DNA from: Pristiophorus japonicus
Taxonomy: Eukaryota
Length of the DNA: 64,000 nt
Assembly: GCF_044704955.1 (NCBI RefSeq)
Contig: NC_091996.1
Span: 62,744,001-62,808,000 of the forward strand
Reading direction: 5' to 3'
Made by a program: the position numbers and the translations under genes. Every line of letters starts with the position of its first letter. The first letter of the stretch is position 1. Below are positions 37,601-49,919 of this stretch, piece by piece. The notes beneath the pieces were generated by a model that did not search any database, was not told the origin of the DNA, and worked only from the letters and a program-made list of their open reading frames with translations.

Positions 37601-40600
37601 AAAAGTTACTGCACAAGATAAAAAGCTCACGGGATTGGGAGTAATAGCATGGATAGAGGATTGGCTAACAGAAAACAGAGTCGGGATAAATGGGTTGTTT
37701 TCCAGTTGGCAAACAGTGACTAGTGGGGTGCCACAGGGATTGGTGCTAGGTCCTCAAATATTTAGAGTCTATATAAATGACTTGGATGAAGGGACCGAGT
37801 GTAATGTAGCCAAGTTTGCTGATGATACAAAGATGGGTGGGAAAGCAAAGTGTGAGGACACAAAAAAATCTGCAAAGGAATATAGACAGGCTAAGTGAGT
37901 AGGCAAAAATTTGGCAGATGGAGTATAATGTGGGAAAATGTGAGGTTATCCACTTTGGCAGAAATAATACAAAAGCAAATTAATTTAAATGGAGAAAAAT
38001 TGCAACATGCTGCAGTACAGAGACCTGGGGGTCCTTGTGCATGAAACACAAAAAGTGAGTATGAAGGTACAGCAAGTAATCAGGAAGGCAAATGGAATGT
38101 TGGCCTTTATTGCAAGGGGGATAGCGTATAAAAGCAGAGAAGACCTGCTACAACTGTATAGGGTATTGGTGAGGCCACACCTGGAGTACTGCATGCAATT
38201 TTGGGCTCCGTATTTAAGGAAGGATATACTTGCATTGGAGGCTATTAAAAAAGGTTCACTAGGTTGATTCCTAAGCTGAGGGGGTTGGCTTATGAGGATA
38301 GGTTGGGCTTATACACATTGGAGTTCAGAAGAATGAGAGGTGATCTTACTGAAACTTATAAGATAATGAGGGGGCTCGACAAGGTGGATGTAGAGGGGAT
38401 ATTTCCACTTATTCTTTATTAGTTCTTTATTAAGATGGAGAGTGACACAGTTAATTCAGAGACTAGGGTCCTGAACTTAAGGAAAGCTAACTGCGATGGT
38501 ATGAGACATGAATTGGCTAGAATAGACTGGCCAATGATACTTAAAGGGTTGACGGCGGATAGGCAATGCCAAACATTTAAAGATCACATGGATGAACTTC
38601 AACAATTGTACATCCCTGTCTGGAGTAAAAATATAATGGGGAAGGTGGCTCAACTGTGGCTAACAAGGAAAACTAAGGATAGTGTTAGATCCAAGGAAGA
38701 GGCATATAAATTGGCCAGAAAAAGTAGCAAACCTGAGGACTGAGAAATTTAGAATTCAGCAGAGAAGGACAAAGGGTCTAATTAGAAGGGGGGGGGGTGA
38801 AAACAGAGTATGAGAGGAAGCTTGCTGGGAACATAAAAACTGACTGCAAAAGCTTCTATAGATATGTGAAGAGAAAAAGATTAGTGAAGACAAACGTAGG
38901 TCCCTTGCAGTCAGATTCAGGTGAATTTATAACGGGGAACAAAGAAATGGCAGACCAGTTGAACAAATACTTTGGTTCTGTCTTCACGAAGGAAGACACG
39001 AATAACCTTCCGGAAATACTAGGGAACCGAGGGTCTAGTGAGAAGGAGGAACTGAAGGAAATCCTTATTAGGAGTGAAATTGTATTAGGGAAATTGATGG
39101 GATTGAAAGCCGATAAATCCCTGGGGCCTGATAGTTTGCATTCCAGAGTACTTAAGGAAGTGGCCCTAGAAATAGTGGATGCATTGGCGATCATTTTCCA
39201 GCAGTCTATCGACTCTGGATCAGTTCCTATGGACTGGAGGGCAGCTAATGTAACATCACTTTTTAAAAAAGGAGGGCGAGAAAACAGGTAATTATATACT
39301 GGTTAGCCTGACATCGGTGGTGGGGAAAATGTTGGAATCAATTATTAAAGATGAAATAGCAGCGCATTTGGAAAGCAGTGACAGGATCGGTCCAAGTCAG
39401 CATGGATTTATGAAAGGGAAATCATGCTTGACAAATCTTCCAGAATTTTTTGAGGATGTAACTAGTAGAGTGGACAAGGGAGAACCAGTGGATGTGGTGT
39501 ATTTGGACTTTCAAAAGGCTTTTGACAAGGTCCCACACAAGAGATTGATATGCAAAATTAAAGCACATGGTATTGGGGGTAATGTGAACTTTCAACGTGA
39601 ATAGAGAACTGGTTGGCAGACAGAAAGCAGAGTCAGGATAAATGGGTCCTTTTAAGAATGGCAGACAGTGACTAGTGGGGTGCCGCAGGGCTCAGTGCTG
39701 GGTCCCCAGCTATTTACAGTATACATTAATGATTTAGATGAAGGAATTGAGTTTGCAAGTTTGCAGATGACACTAAGCTGGGTGGCGGTGTGAGCTGTGA
39801 GGAGGACGCTAAGGGGCTGCAGGGTGACTTGGACAGGTTAGGTGAGTGGGCAAATGCACGGCAGGTGCAGTATAATGTGGATAAATGTTAGGTTATCCAC
39901 TTTGGTGGCAAAAAATATGAAGGCAGAATATTATCTGAATGGCAGCAATTAGGAAAAGGGGAGGTGCAACGAGACCTGGATGTCATGGTACATCAGTCAT
40001 TGAAAGTTGGCATGCAAGTACAGCAGGCGGTGAAGAAGGCAAATGGTATGTTGGCCTTCAGAGCTAGGGGATTTAAGTATAGGAGCAGGGAGGTATTACT
40101 GCAGTTGTACAAGGCCTTGGTGAGGCCTCACCTGGAATATTGTGTTCTGTTTTGGTCTCCTAATCTGAGCAAGGACGTGCTTGGTATTGAGGGAGTGCAG
40201 CGAAGGTTCACCAGACTGATTCCTGGGATGGCAGGACTAACATGAGGAAAGACTGGATCGACTGGGCCTGTATTCACTGGAGTTTAGAAGGATGAGAGGG
40301 GATCTCATAGAAATATATAAAATTCTGACAGGACTGAACAGGTTAGATGCTGGGAGAATGTTCCTGATGTTGGGGAAGTCCAGAACCAGGGGACACAGTC
40401 TAAGGATAAGGGGTAAGCCATTTAGGATTGAGATGAGGAGAAACTTCTTCACTCAGTTGTTAATCTGTGGAATTCCCTACCACAAGAGAGTTGTTGATGC
40501 CAGTTCATTGGCTATATTCAAGAGGGAGTTAGATATGGCCCTTATGGCTAAAGGGATCAAGGGGTATGGAGAGAAAGCAGGAAAGGGGTACTGAGGTGAA

Positions 40601-40960
40601 TCAGCCATGATCTTATTGAATGGTGGTGCAGACTCGAAGGGCCAAATGGCCTACTCCTGCACCTATTTTCTATGTGTATAGGGCAAACTAAAACTAGAGG
40701 ACAGTCTTGGAATAAGGGGCCATCTATTTAAAACTGAGATGAGGAATTTCTTCTGTGGGTTGTAAATCTGTGGAATTCTGTACCCGAGTGCTATGGAGGC
40801 TGGGTCATTGAATATATCTAAGGCAGATACAGACTTTTGAGTGCTAAGGTAGTAAGGGGTTATGGGGAGCGGGCAGGGAAGTGGAGCTGAGTCCATGATC
40901 AGATCAGCCATGATCTTATTGAATGGCAGAGTAGGCTCGACGGGCCTATTTCTTATGTTC
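34680..40960 (+). mobile_element. Near full-length CR1 (ORF1 from ~34880, ORF2 remnants) with a second 5'-truncated CR1 (~38415-40675) inserted near its 3' end
   Basis: ORF1 MAGQLSPIDCTSC; two complete sets of RT motifs. The first element breaks at atatttccacttat (~38413) and resumes as tagggcaaactaaaactagagg (~40679). Confidence 0.88.
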
Positions 40961-43289
40961 TTCTGAATCCTTACAGGAAGCGGAGTAGGAGAAAGTGTAG
41001 TCCAGGTAGTTGTGGGAGTCAGTGGGCTTATAGTGGAAGGAATGTTGTTGGACAAAAGCAGAAAGCCTTTAAAGGGGTACTTGAAGCCTTGGGAGCAACT
41101 GAAAACTGCTGCAAAGTTACATTTTAATGCAGTGCATCATGAAGCCAGGAGGATGCACTTATCCACAAAGGTACACTATTAACACAAAAATGATCCTAAA
41201 TTGCTATTCTGCTGGCTGAATTGTATCATTCATCGTAGGCAAATTGCTTCCTCTGGCCAAGTTCTAATGACATAAGCTGAGTGCTTATAAGAACTGCCAA
41301 CAACTACAGTGAGCATTCCAATATCTGGAGAGAGCTCTATACTCAGTTGGCACCGGACCCATGGAAATTGAAAAAGTCAGTGGTGTTGCTGGAGATATTG
41401 AGTCAGTAATGAACCAGATTGAGGGGCTAAAAGCAAACTTGATACTGAACTGCCTAGTTAATGATGGGGCTGATGGTATGGACTGTATTCAAGATCAATT
41501 CCTAACCACTCTAGATGTCAGTATGATGGTAACGGTCTGGGAGAAGTGTGCATGGAACAGCCAACTTGGCTTGGAGCTATCATTTTTAAAATTCATTCTC
41601 AGGATCTGGGCATCATTTGCATTTATGCCATCCCTAGTTGCCCTGTGGACATCTATCCCTCTTAGTCATGACTCAGCATCAATCGCCTCTTGGAAAAATG
41701 TACAATTTCCACTTGAACAGTTTCTCAAATTGGAGTCCGTACTTTACAGGGGTAAATTCAAGGATGAGTTAATTTGCAAGACCTAAAACACTGATTGGCT
41801 CCTTTGGAAGGTCAGACACACCCAAGTTTGCCTTTGCAAAGTGCAATTTGAGCCAATCTGACTACAGACTCCAGACAGAACAGAACAGAGCCCACTTGGA
41901 ACAGGACTCATTCTCACAGGTTAAGACCCACCCCCCCACCGGCTCCATAGGTGGGGCATTGTGTTTTAACAGGTTTATTGGGTATTAAATGAATAATGAG
42001 CGTTGTGACTTTTGATTTCATCCAGTCCAATGTCACTTGCCCCACACAGCTTTCCAAAAAATCAACCAGGTGTAGGGGAGGAGGGAGAACAGGGGGCGGT
42101 TGTAAAGGAAGTTAGGTTGTAAGAACATGATCCGTCGTTACAATCTGGATCACGTTCTTGCTCTCAAATCCCCCCCTCAGACCCAGATCATCCACCATCC
42201 TGAGCTCTTTACCCTCCACCCAAGCTCCTGACCTCCTCTCCCCCATTCTCTTGCCCACCCCCAATTTCCTCGCTCTCTCAGAAGGCCGCAAAAATGTTTG
42301 TGTAATCAGTGATATTCTAGGTAAAAGTCCTGGAGGCTCCTTTAGTAGTCATTGATTTTCGAAAGATAACCCAAACGCCCGAGTAACAGGCTCAGGCGGC
42401 AACGGCAGCAGCTCCAGACGCGACCCCACTTACAGCTTCCTCATCGTAGTGCCATCCAGTATCTGCATGCGCAACTGGATCGAGTGTGCATGGGCAAAAG
42501 GGGTGGGGTCCACCGTGGATGTCAGACACAAATGTTCATGCAGATAATCACTTCAAATAAAACCCCTGTAAAAATGACAAGGATTCAGCTCGTGCAAATT
42601 ATATTCAAAGGCGGGGCCTGCCACCTCTGAGGCCCACTGCTCTCACGTTACAAATGAGCACTCCTGGCAGGTTGAGCAGGTTCCTCTCCCCGGCATTGCA
42701 ACCCTGTGCCATCCTCCCAGCACATGATCATAGTACCTACTACACCCTGCAAACATACACAATCCCACAGTGCAGTCATTACAGAACATGGCAGTGAGAG
42801 TGAGTCATGCATCCACCAGCATCCCAGTGGCTATTAGTGGCCATCTGTTGCCATGGACTATCCCAGAATTGGAGAGAAAAAGGTAACTCACTGATACCTG
42901 TAAGTAAATACTGGTTTTCTTAAAAGCACTATTAAAACTTTTTACAGGCAGCACTTTATTATGAGCATTGCACGAGATTGGCATTGTCACTTAAACAAAG
43001 ATGGCTGGTGCCGACAATGGAAATATAATGCTCGTGTATTAGAGGGCGTTCTAAGATTGGGGATCAGCCACATTGTTGGAGCAGAGTAAAGGGAGCTTTG
43101 CTGTGCATTTGGTTGCACCATACGTGATCTGGAGTACTGGATGCCAACACCAGGTGACAGAAGCATTCCAATCTCCAGCACCAACATCCCTCACTTATGA
43201 AGTACCAAAAAAACCTAAATATTGTATGTGGGGGTTAGAGAAAGAAACATTACTTCATTGAGCTTTTTATAGCATAGAAAAGCTGTAAT

Positions 43290-43459
43290 CAATGTTCTAT
43301 CTAAATTGTCTGTTGTGCACGGCCTGTTTATCTCAATGCGTGGTCCCTTTAAATTTCTGCACATGCGTGGTATTTCAAATGGAAAAGCTGGAGCGGCCTG
43401 CGCAGTACCTTGCAGATTACTGCACGGCCTTGCACGCACGCATCCTAAAGGGAACACTG
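43290..43459. mobile_element. Second, more diverged copy of the same MITE family
   Basis: Shares the core tccctttaaatttctgc(g/a)catgcg, ggcctgcgc.gtacctt and the terminal agggaaca(t/c)tg. Confidence 0.75.
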
Positions 43460-43818
43460 ACATTGTTAAAAATCCTACAGCATCCCAATCTAGATGGAAT
43501 TTCCCCCCCCCCCCCCCCCCCCCCCCCAGTACAGTAACCCCATAAATCAACATAATCTGAACTCATTGGGGTGCAAACAAGATCTCACATCTAGACAAAG
43601 AGGGTGCAAGTCCCAGAAATATGGGTGTGTACAAAGCAACGATCTAGCAACCTAGTGTATAATTCTGGTCAAGGTTACATGTGGACATTCTGGCATTGGT
43701 GAAAGTAGTGACTAAAACTGGTATCTTGGATTAGACACCTGTGTTGTGAGGAGAGGTTACAGAAACTAGAGAGTACACCAACAGGTTCCACTGGGTTTTT
43801 TTTTTAAATAAAAGATTT

Positions 43819-43824
43819 TTTTAT
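43819..43824 (-). terminator. RPL12: RPL12 polyadenylation signal AATAAA
   Basis: tttatt on +, about 30 nt downstream of the stop codon. Confidence 0.85.
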
Positions 43825-43854
43825 TGGAAACTTTAGTTCTATAGCACCTCCACT

Positions 43855-43860
43855 TCATTC
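43855..43860 (-). CDS. RPL12: RPL12 exon 7 coding part (GAA TGA)
   Basis: Polypyrimidine tract + cag acceptor, then E-stop; total 498 nt = 165 aa, the canonical RPL12 length. Confidence 0.93.
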   Translation of the reverse strand, partial: E

Positions 43861-43954
43861 CTGTTGGAAGGAAAGAACAGAACGTGTAAGTTATTTGATA
43901 AAGCTTGGGTCAAAAATCAATGCAGTACAAGGTAATCCAAAATTCCAAACTTAC

Positions 43955-44067
43955 AGCAGGACATTCAATCTTGCCCTGGTTGATGTCCTCAATCACACTG
44001 TGAGGGTGTTTGCCATCAATGTTGCAGCCAATGGACTGTGCAGTTCCCAGGATTTCCTTCACTGTTC
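43955..44067 (-). CDS. RPL12: RPL12 exon 6
   Basis: (G)[37 protein letters not shown]|gtaagt; 113 nt. Confidence 0.97.
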
Positions 44068-44167
44068 CTGTGGTGGGTACAAACAAGATCAGGCTTGGCC
44101 CTATTCCACCAAGTTAGCATGAATACACGACAGACACCATCACCATTACACCGCAGTCAGTACCCAC

Positions 44168-44254
44168 CTGAAAGTTCCCTGGCCAGAGAACGATGCCTCA
44201 TCTGTCGGGCGACAGAAAGTATCTCATCAAAGGTGATGCTGCCAGTGTGTTTAA
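44168..44254 (-). CDS. RPL12: RPL12 exon 5
   Basis: (I)[28 protein letters not shown](G)|gtgggt; 87 nt. Confidence 0.98.
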
Positions 44255-44754
44255 CTAGAAGAAAACAAAACAGAATCAACACTGGCAGTTAACACATACT
44301 CGCACCCCCCCACAACAGGCCACCTGCACCACCAGTGGGTAAATTCCATGCCGACAACAAACTCGATCCTCGTTTCTGACTTCAACAGCGGGGAGCTACA
44401 ACTTACACCAGCACACCCTGGGAAGAGGGGCAAGTAAACACTTCACTGTTAACCAGCAAATCAAATGCAAGTCCATTGGAGACATGATCAGGCCTGGCTG
44501 TGATGTCTCCCAGTTATATCCATCACCCAAAACATTGGGCAGGGTGCTGGAGGGCCACTGCCTCTGCACCCAGCATTCAGTATCTTCAGGAGCGGGGAGA
44601 AAGCAAGTGACCCTTCCACATAACCAGATATTTTCAGTTGCACACTGAATCAAACATATGTTCATCTCTCGGCTTTTACCACAGGAAGTTAATGTTGCAC
44701 AGAAGGGGCAAATTGAAGTGTCAAACCCCCCACCCACCCTGCACCACTACTTAC

Positions 44755-44836
44755 TGTTCTTTTGCTTCTTCCTGTCGCGGGGTGGTTCCTTCAGGGCTTT
44801 GATGATGAGGGCAGAAGCTGATGGGACAACCTCAAT
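44755..44836 (-). CDS. RPL12: RPL12 exon 4
   Basis: IEVVPSASALIIKALKEPPRDRKKQKN(I)|gtaagt; 82 nt. Confidence 0.98.
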
Positions 44837-45774
44837 CTATTAATGAAATACAGCTGTCAGTACAAGATACAGCGGTTAACACAACTTACAATAAAACCGT
44901 AGGACTCCTACAAAACATAGCATACATTCGAGTACAGCACCTCACCCCACTTTCACTGCAACAGCTGTCCTCGTTCAGCCACATCAGCCATGTCTGGTAT
45001 AAATTGCACAGAACACAGTTCAGGAAGACCTTGTGGCTCCATAACCAAAACACACATGGAAAGGATCGCAAACAACAAACTTGACCACCAAAGAACAGAC
45101 AAGAAACCCTTTCTCCCCTCCTGCGCACACAAGAGTAAAACAATACTCAAATGCTTAGTGGGAAGTTTCCGAGGACAACCAGAGATCTGGCGGCTGAAAC
45201 CAGAAGAGATTGAGGTGCAACACCCCCAGAGCCCCACACACACACATCTGGATTACTCAACATCTTTGAGCCATATGGGGATAATGAATCTTGGCCACCT
45301 TTTCCAGGAGGAATATTCTGCAAGCTTTCCCAGATCATTTGCATAGGTCAGTCTGGTCTTCAGTAACCTGTTGTGTGCACAACAGGGAATAGGCCGCAGC
45401 CCGAGACCAAACCCAGTTACGCACAGCACAATCCAAAATGCACCACACCACACTCCTGCAGACAACAATGTGCAGCTCTAAGACAGGAGTTAAGTCCCGA
45501 TTCATTGAACCAGTTAACTTGTTTTCTCGGCACCTATCTTCCCGAATCAACTTTGGGCATAACTACTGGCGCAGTGGATTGTGGAAGCACCAGCTAGGGC
45601 TCCTTTTCCCATCACGAACCAGCACCTCCTGGTGAACAGGGATGTTGACAAGTCTTGTGAACACAGCTGGGTGGGGTTTGACATCTTTCATGAACAAATA
45701 GCCTGCCAACACCTGCTGTCCAGGATTTCACAACAGACCACTTGGATGCTAATAAGATGGTGCAAGTCCTTCTC

Positions 45775-47240
45775 CTCCTCAGGCGGTCCCTTGTATCAAG
45801 GATGACTTGCTTCCACACCAAAAAGGGCCGAGTTCACAGGTGTTTCAATGAAGTACCTGATATTCCAGGTCCCGAACTACATATTGAAGGGTGGAAGATG
45901 CCAGTGTGTGGATTTTTTTTAAAAAATAAAACGTGTCATGGCCATTGCACACCAGCCACCACACAGGCTTGACAGAGCTAGATCTTGGTCCAGTGGCAAG
46001 GATTAACCAAGACAACTGGATAGTATGCAGGTACAGCAAGTGATCAGGAAGGCCAATGGAATTTTGACCTTTATTGCAATGGGGATGGAGTATAAAAGCA
46101 GGGAAGTTTTGCTACAGCTATACAGTATTGGTAAGGCCACACCTAGAATATTGTGTGCAGTTTTGGTTTCCATATTTTCCAAATGATGTCACCGAGGGGC
46201 AGCATGTAGATGAGAAATAGGAGGTGGGCAAGGATAGATCCTTGGGGCACTCGAGGTTAACAATGCAGGAGTGGGAAGAGAAGTCGTTGCAGATGATTCT
46301 CTGGCTACGATTAGATAGATAAGAATGGAACCAGGCGAGTGCAGTCTCACCCAGCTGGACAATGGAGGAGAGGCTTTGGAGAAGGATAAAGTGGTCAACA
46401 GCGTCAAAGGCTGCAGGCAGGTCATGAAGGATAAGAGGGAATAGTTTACCATAGTTTACTTGCTTTGGAGCAGTTCAGAGAAGGTTCCCTAGGTTGATTC
46501 TGGGGATGAGGGGTTGACTTATGGAGGAGCGGTTGAACAGGTTGGGCCTCGACTCATTGGAATTCAGAAGAATGAGAGGTGATCTTATCGAAATGTATAA
46601 GATTATGAGGGGGCTTGACAAGGTGGATGCAGAGAGGATGTTTCCACTTGTAGGGGAAACTAGAACTAGAGGGCACGATCTTAGAATAAGGAGCCGCCCA
46701 TTTAAAACTGAGATGAGGAGAAATTTCTTCTGAGGGTTGTAAATCTGTGGCATTCACTGCCTCAGAGAGCTGTGGAAGTTGGGACATTGAATAAATTTAA
46801 GACAGAAATAGACAGTTTCTTAAACGGTAAAGGGGATAAGGGGTTATGGGGAGTGGGCAGGGAAGTGGAGCTGAGTCCATGATCAGATCAGCCATGATCT
46901 TATTGAATGGCGAAGCAGGCTCAAGGGGCCGTATGGCCTATTCCTGCTCCTATTTCTTACGTTTTTATAACTGGAGACCAGCTCTGCTGCACGAACCTAG
47001 TGCGCACACATCGCAGTGCGGGCTGGCCCATACTGCCCCAGGGCCCTCACCTCAGCTGGACCCCGAACTCACACCTCTGCTGGACCCCGATCACATCGCT
47101 CTTAATCTCTCGACGCTCCTGCCCACGCTCCAATAAGCGAGATGGCTTATGGCGACATCCAATCCAGTCGCCCTCCTCCAAGGTATATCTCTCCTGCACC
47201 AGCTCGCGCTGCTCCCTGAGGTCATAAAAGGAGCAGACCA
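45775..47240 (-). mobile_element. Non-coding SINE-like element with an RTE-type 3' tail, interrupted by a CR1 (46021-46968) that itself contains an L2 piece
   Basis: Reverse complement of 45781-45815 matches the RTE tail at 10560-10600; the CR1 insert is bounded by the direct repeat AACTGGA (46014-46020, 46969-46975). Confidence 0.65.
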
Positions 47241-47582
47241 CTTCAGGGGCAAGTCCAGCTACATTTTGGCTCCAGTGGTTTAAAAAAGCCACAGGATGTA
47301 AAAAGACAAGACACTGATGTGAAAGAGGGCAGCTGTGGTTTTATCTGCAAAGTCTCTGTGCAGCTGTCACTCACCATCCATCAGACTGGCTTAATAGGAG
47401 CAGAGACCCAGAGATAATCTTATCCTGCATACCTGAACAATCAAGGTTGGGTATGTGTCAACTTAGGAAACATTGCAACTACAGCACAACACTGTCCTGC
47501 TGTACACTTCTCTAATGCCTGGGATCCTCGGGTACACTTTGTAATACTGTTCAGGTAGGCTATAAGTGTACACGATGGTTCA

Positions 47583-47756
<174 letters not shown>

Positions 47757-47839
47757 CTAAACAGAGAAACAAAAAGGTAAAGTTAAAAGGGCTGCTAGGA
47801 GTGATCTGAAAGGTGTGTAAAGTGGGAGTAGAGACTCAC

Positions 47840-47913
47840 CAGACCCAGTGGGCCGATCTTGGGAGCCAGAGCAGAGGTAGCACCAACTTCACCTCCAGTG
47901 CATCTGAGGTATA
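47840..47913 (-). CDS. RPL12: RPL12 exon 2
   Basis: (V)[24 protein letters not shown]|gtgagt; 74 nt. Confidence 0.98.
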
Positions 47914-49149
47914 CTATGGATACACAAAAAACACTTGGTCACACAGGCATGGTTTACAAATACTAAACCCAGGGTCTGCTAATTCATCTGAATTTCCCCT
48001 ACATTGGCAGAGTCACTAATCCCTATTTTGTTGTATGCCTTTGAGGGGTTAGTTAGCATTATACAAAAACAAGCTTTCCCTAGACACCGTTTAAATTGAA
48101 GCTTTTCTATCAGATTAGTCATTTAAAGAAAATTGCCTGCATGCAACTCATATTCCACCCCCCAAAATAATCAGGTTCCCTGCCCCGCCTTGACAGACAG
48201 ACAGCTTATTTTAACATCGAATTCCACCACTACTTTTATTGGTGAGAATGTTCTCACAATTACAAACCAGATTCAGGAGCTAATCCAATTTTAATAAAAA
48301 TCTAGTCCAAAATTCTACATTCTACCCCCATTCCTACACCAACATTGAGTTTCTGACATTAACAAAACTTCAGTTGTATTTCACTCCCAACTGTGTCACA
48401 ATTTAACAAAATTAAGTCAAAGCCACAATAATTCTCTGAGCTGACTGCAAGGACCCCATCATCAGAACATACACAAATAATCCTGGCAATCCAATATACC
48501 GAGCACTGGAAGCAGCCATCACATTAAACTGTCCCAAGTGAAATTCAGATGTTTGTAAATGTCAACTAAAACACAAGTTATCTTTTTGATCTCAGGAAGA
48601 GGCAGACAAGGCCAGCATTTATTGCCCATCTCTAGTTGTCCTGAGTTTGATGGTGGTGGGTTTTCTCCTGTAATTGCAGAATTGTAATTCTCCTGTTAAT
48701 GGTGTTCCCATTGTATTGGGTAAGTAGAGGATTCCAGGATTTGACCCTGGAATTTGACCCTCAAAAAGGAGTTAGATATAGTCCTTACTACTAAGGGATC
48801 AAGGGGTATAGTGAGAAAGCAGGAATGGGGTACTGAAGTTGCATGTTCAGCCATGAACTCATTGAATGGCGGTGCAGGCTCAAAGGACCGAATGGCCTAC
48901 TCCTGCACCTATTTTCTATGACCCAGTGAAATATGTCCAAGTCAGGATACTGTGCAACTTGAAGGGTAAGTGATGGTGTTCTAACAACATTGTTGCTCTG
49001 GCCCCTTTCGTTGACAGGAAGTGCTGTGTACCTCCATTTATAAAACTAAAGACTCAAAAACTAAACATTGAACCTTTATAGATCATGGCTTTTTTTTTTG
49101 TTCAAGTCTGCAGTAACCCTCATATAATCAACAGGATTGCCAAATCACA

Positions 49150-49217
49150 CTAAGAACTCATGTTAAGAGTGGAAACAAGTCTTCCTCGATTCCGAGGGAC
49201 TGCCTATGATGATGATG
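49150..49217 (+). mobile_element. Very short 3'-terminal RTE insertion in RPL12 intron 1
   Basis: taagaactcatgttaagagtg...gagggactgcctatgatgatgatg, nearly identical to 10542-10609. Confidence 0.85.
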
Positions 49218-49776
49218 AATGTTGTGGGAAGACAGACTTGCATTTACACAGTACTTCTCCACGTGCAAACAATTAAACTGCTGCAAACTGCAGAAATGGC
49301 ATCACAATAACTGCAAAATTTAATATACTGTTATAATAAAATAAATCCCTCCACTATCTATTCGCAGCAGCCTGGCAATATTTGGGTCCTCGGGGTCGTT
49401 TCACAGTTTAACGCCGCCAGACTGATGTGTAATCTGGATGCTGAGCTGAAGGTTCAAAACCCGAGAAATACGGCGCCAGTGGAGGGAGGCACGGCAAAAA
49501 CCCTCAGACAAACTGCTCCTCCAGTGGGGGCAGAGCCTACCGGTGACCAGGTTCCCCTCAAATGGCGGCGAGTACACTGCCCGGGGTGGGCGAGGCAGGG
49601 GGAGCCTATGGCGGAGATTATCACTCGCTCCCACCCAATGACCCAGGATCCGCAGAGAGCGGGCAAATGTCTGGAAACCACGCGGCCCAACACAGGAGCC
49701 GCTGGCCCGGCCCCAGCCTTACACCCCTCCCCCACCAAGGCCCGACCGCCAAATCCTCACACCCCCATGGACTCAC

Positions 49777-49813
49777 CGACTTTAATTTCGTTGGGATCGA
49801 ATTTAGGAGGCAT
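49777..49813 (-). CDS. RPL12: 60S ribosomal protein L12 (uL11), coding exon 1
   Basis: ATG at 49813; MPPKFDPNEIKV(V)|gtgagt; 37 nt. Confidence 0.98.
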
Positions 49814-49919
49814 CTCGGCGGCGGCTGGAGGAGTTCACTACTCTGGCGCGCGGTCTTGGTGTCGGATGAACCCGGATTCGGGACGACCGAAAATATGTTG
49901 CACCGTCACCGGCTAGAGC

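Noticed and set aside
47461-47472. CTTAGGAAACA, resembling part of human SNORA65 as recalled
   Set aside because: It lies antisense to RPL12 and lacks the partner pocket, H box and hairpin context; probably chance.
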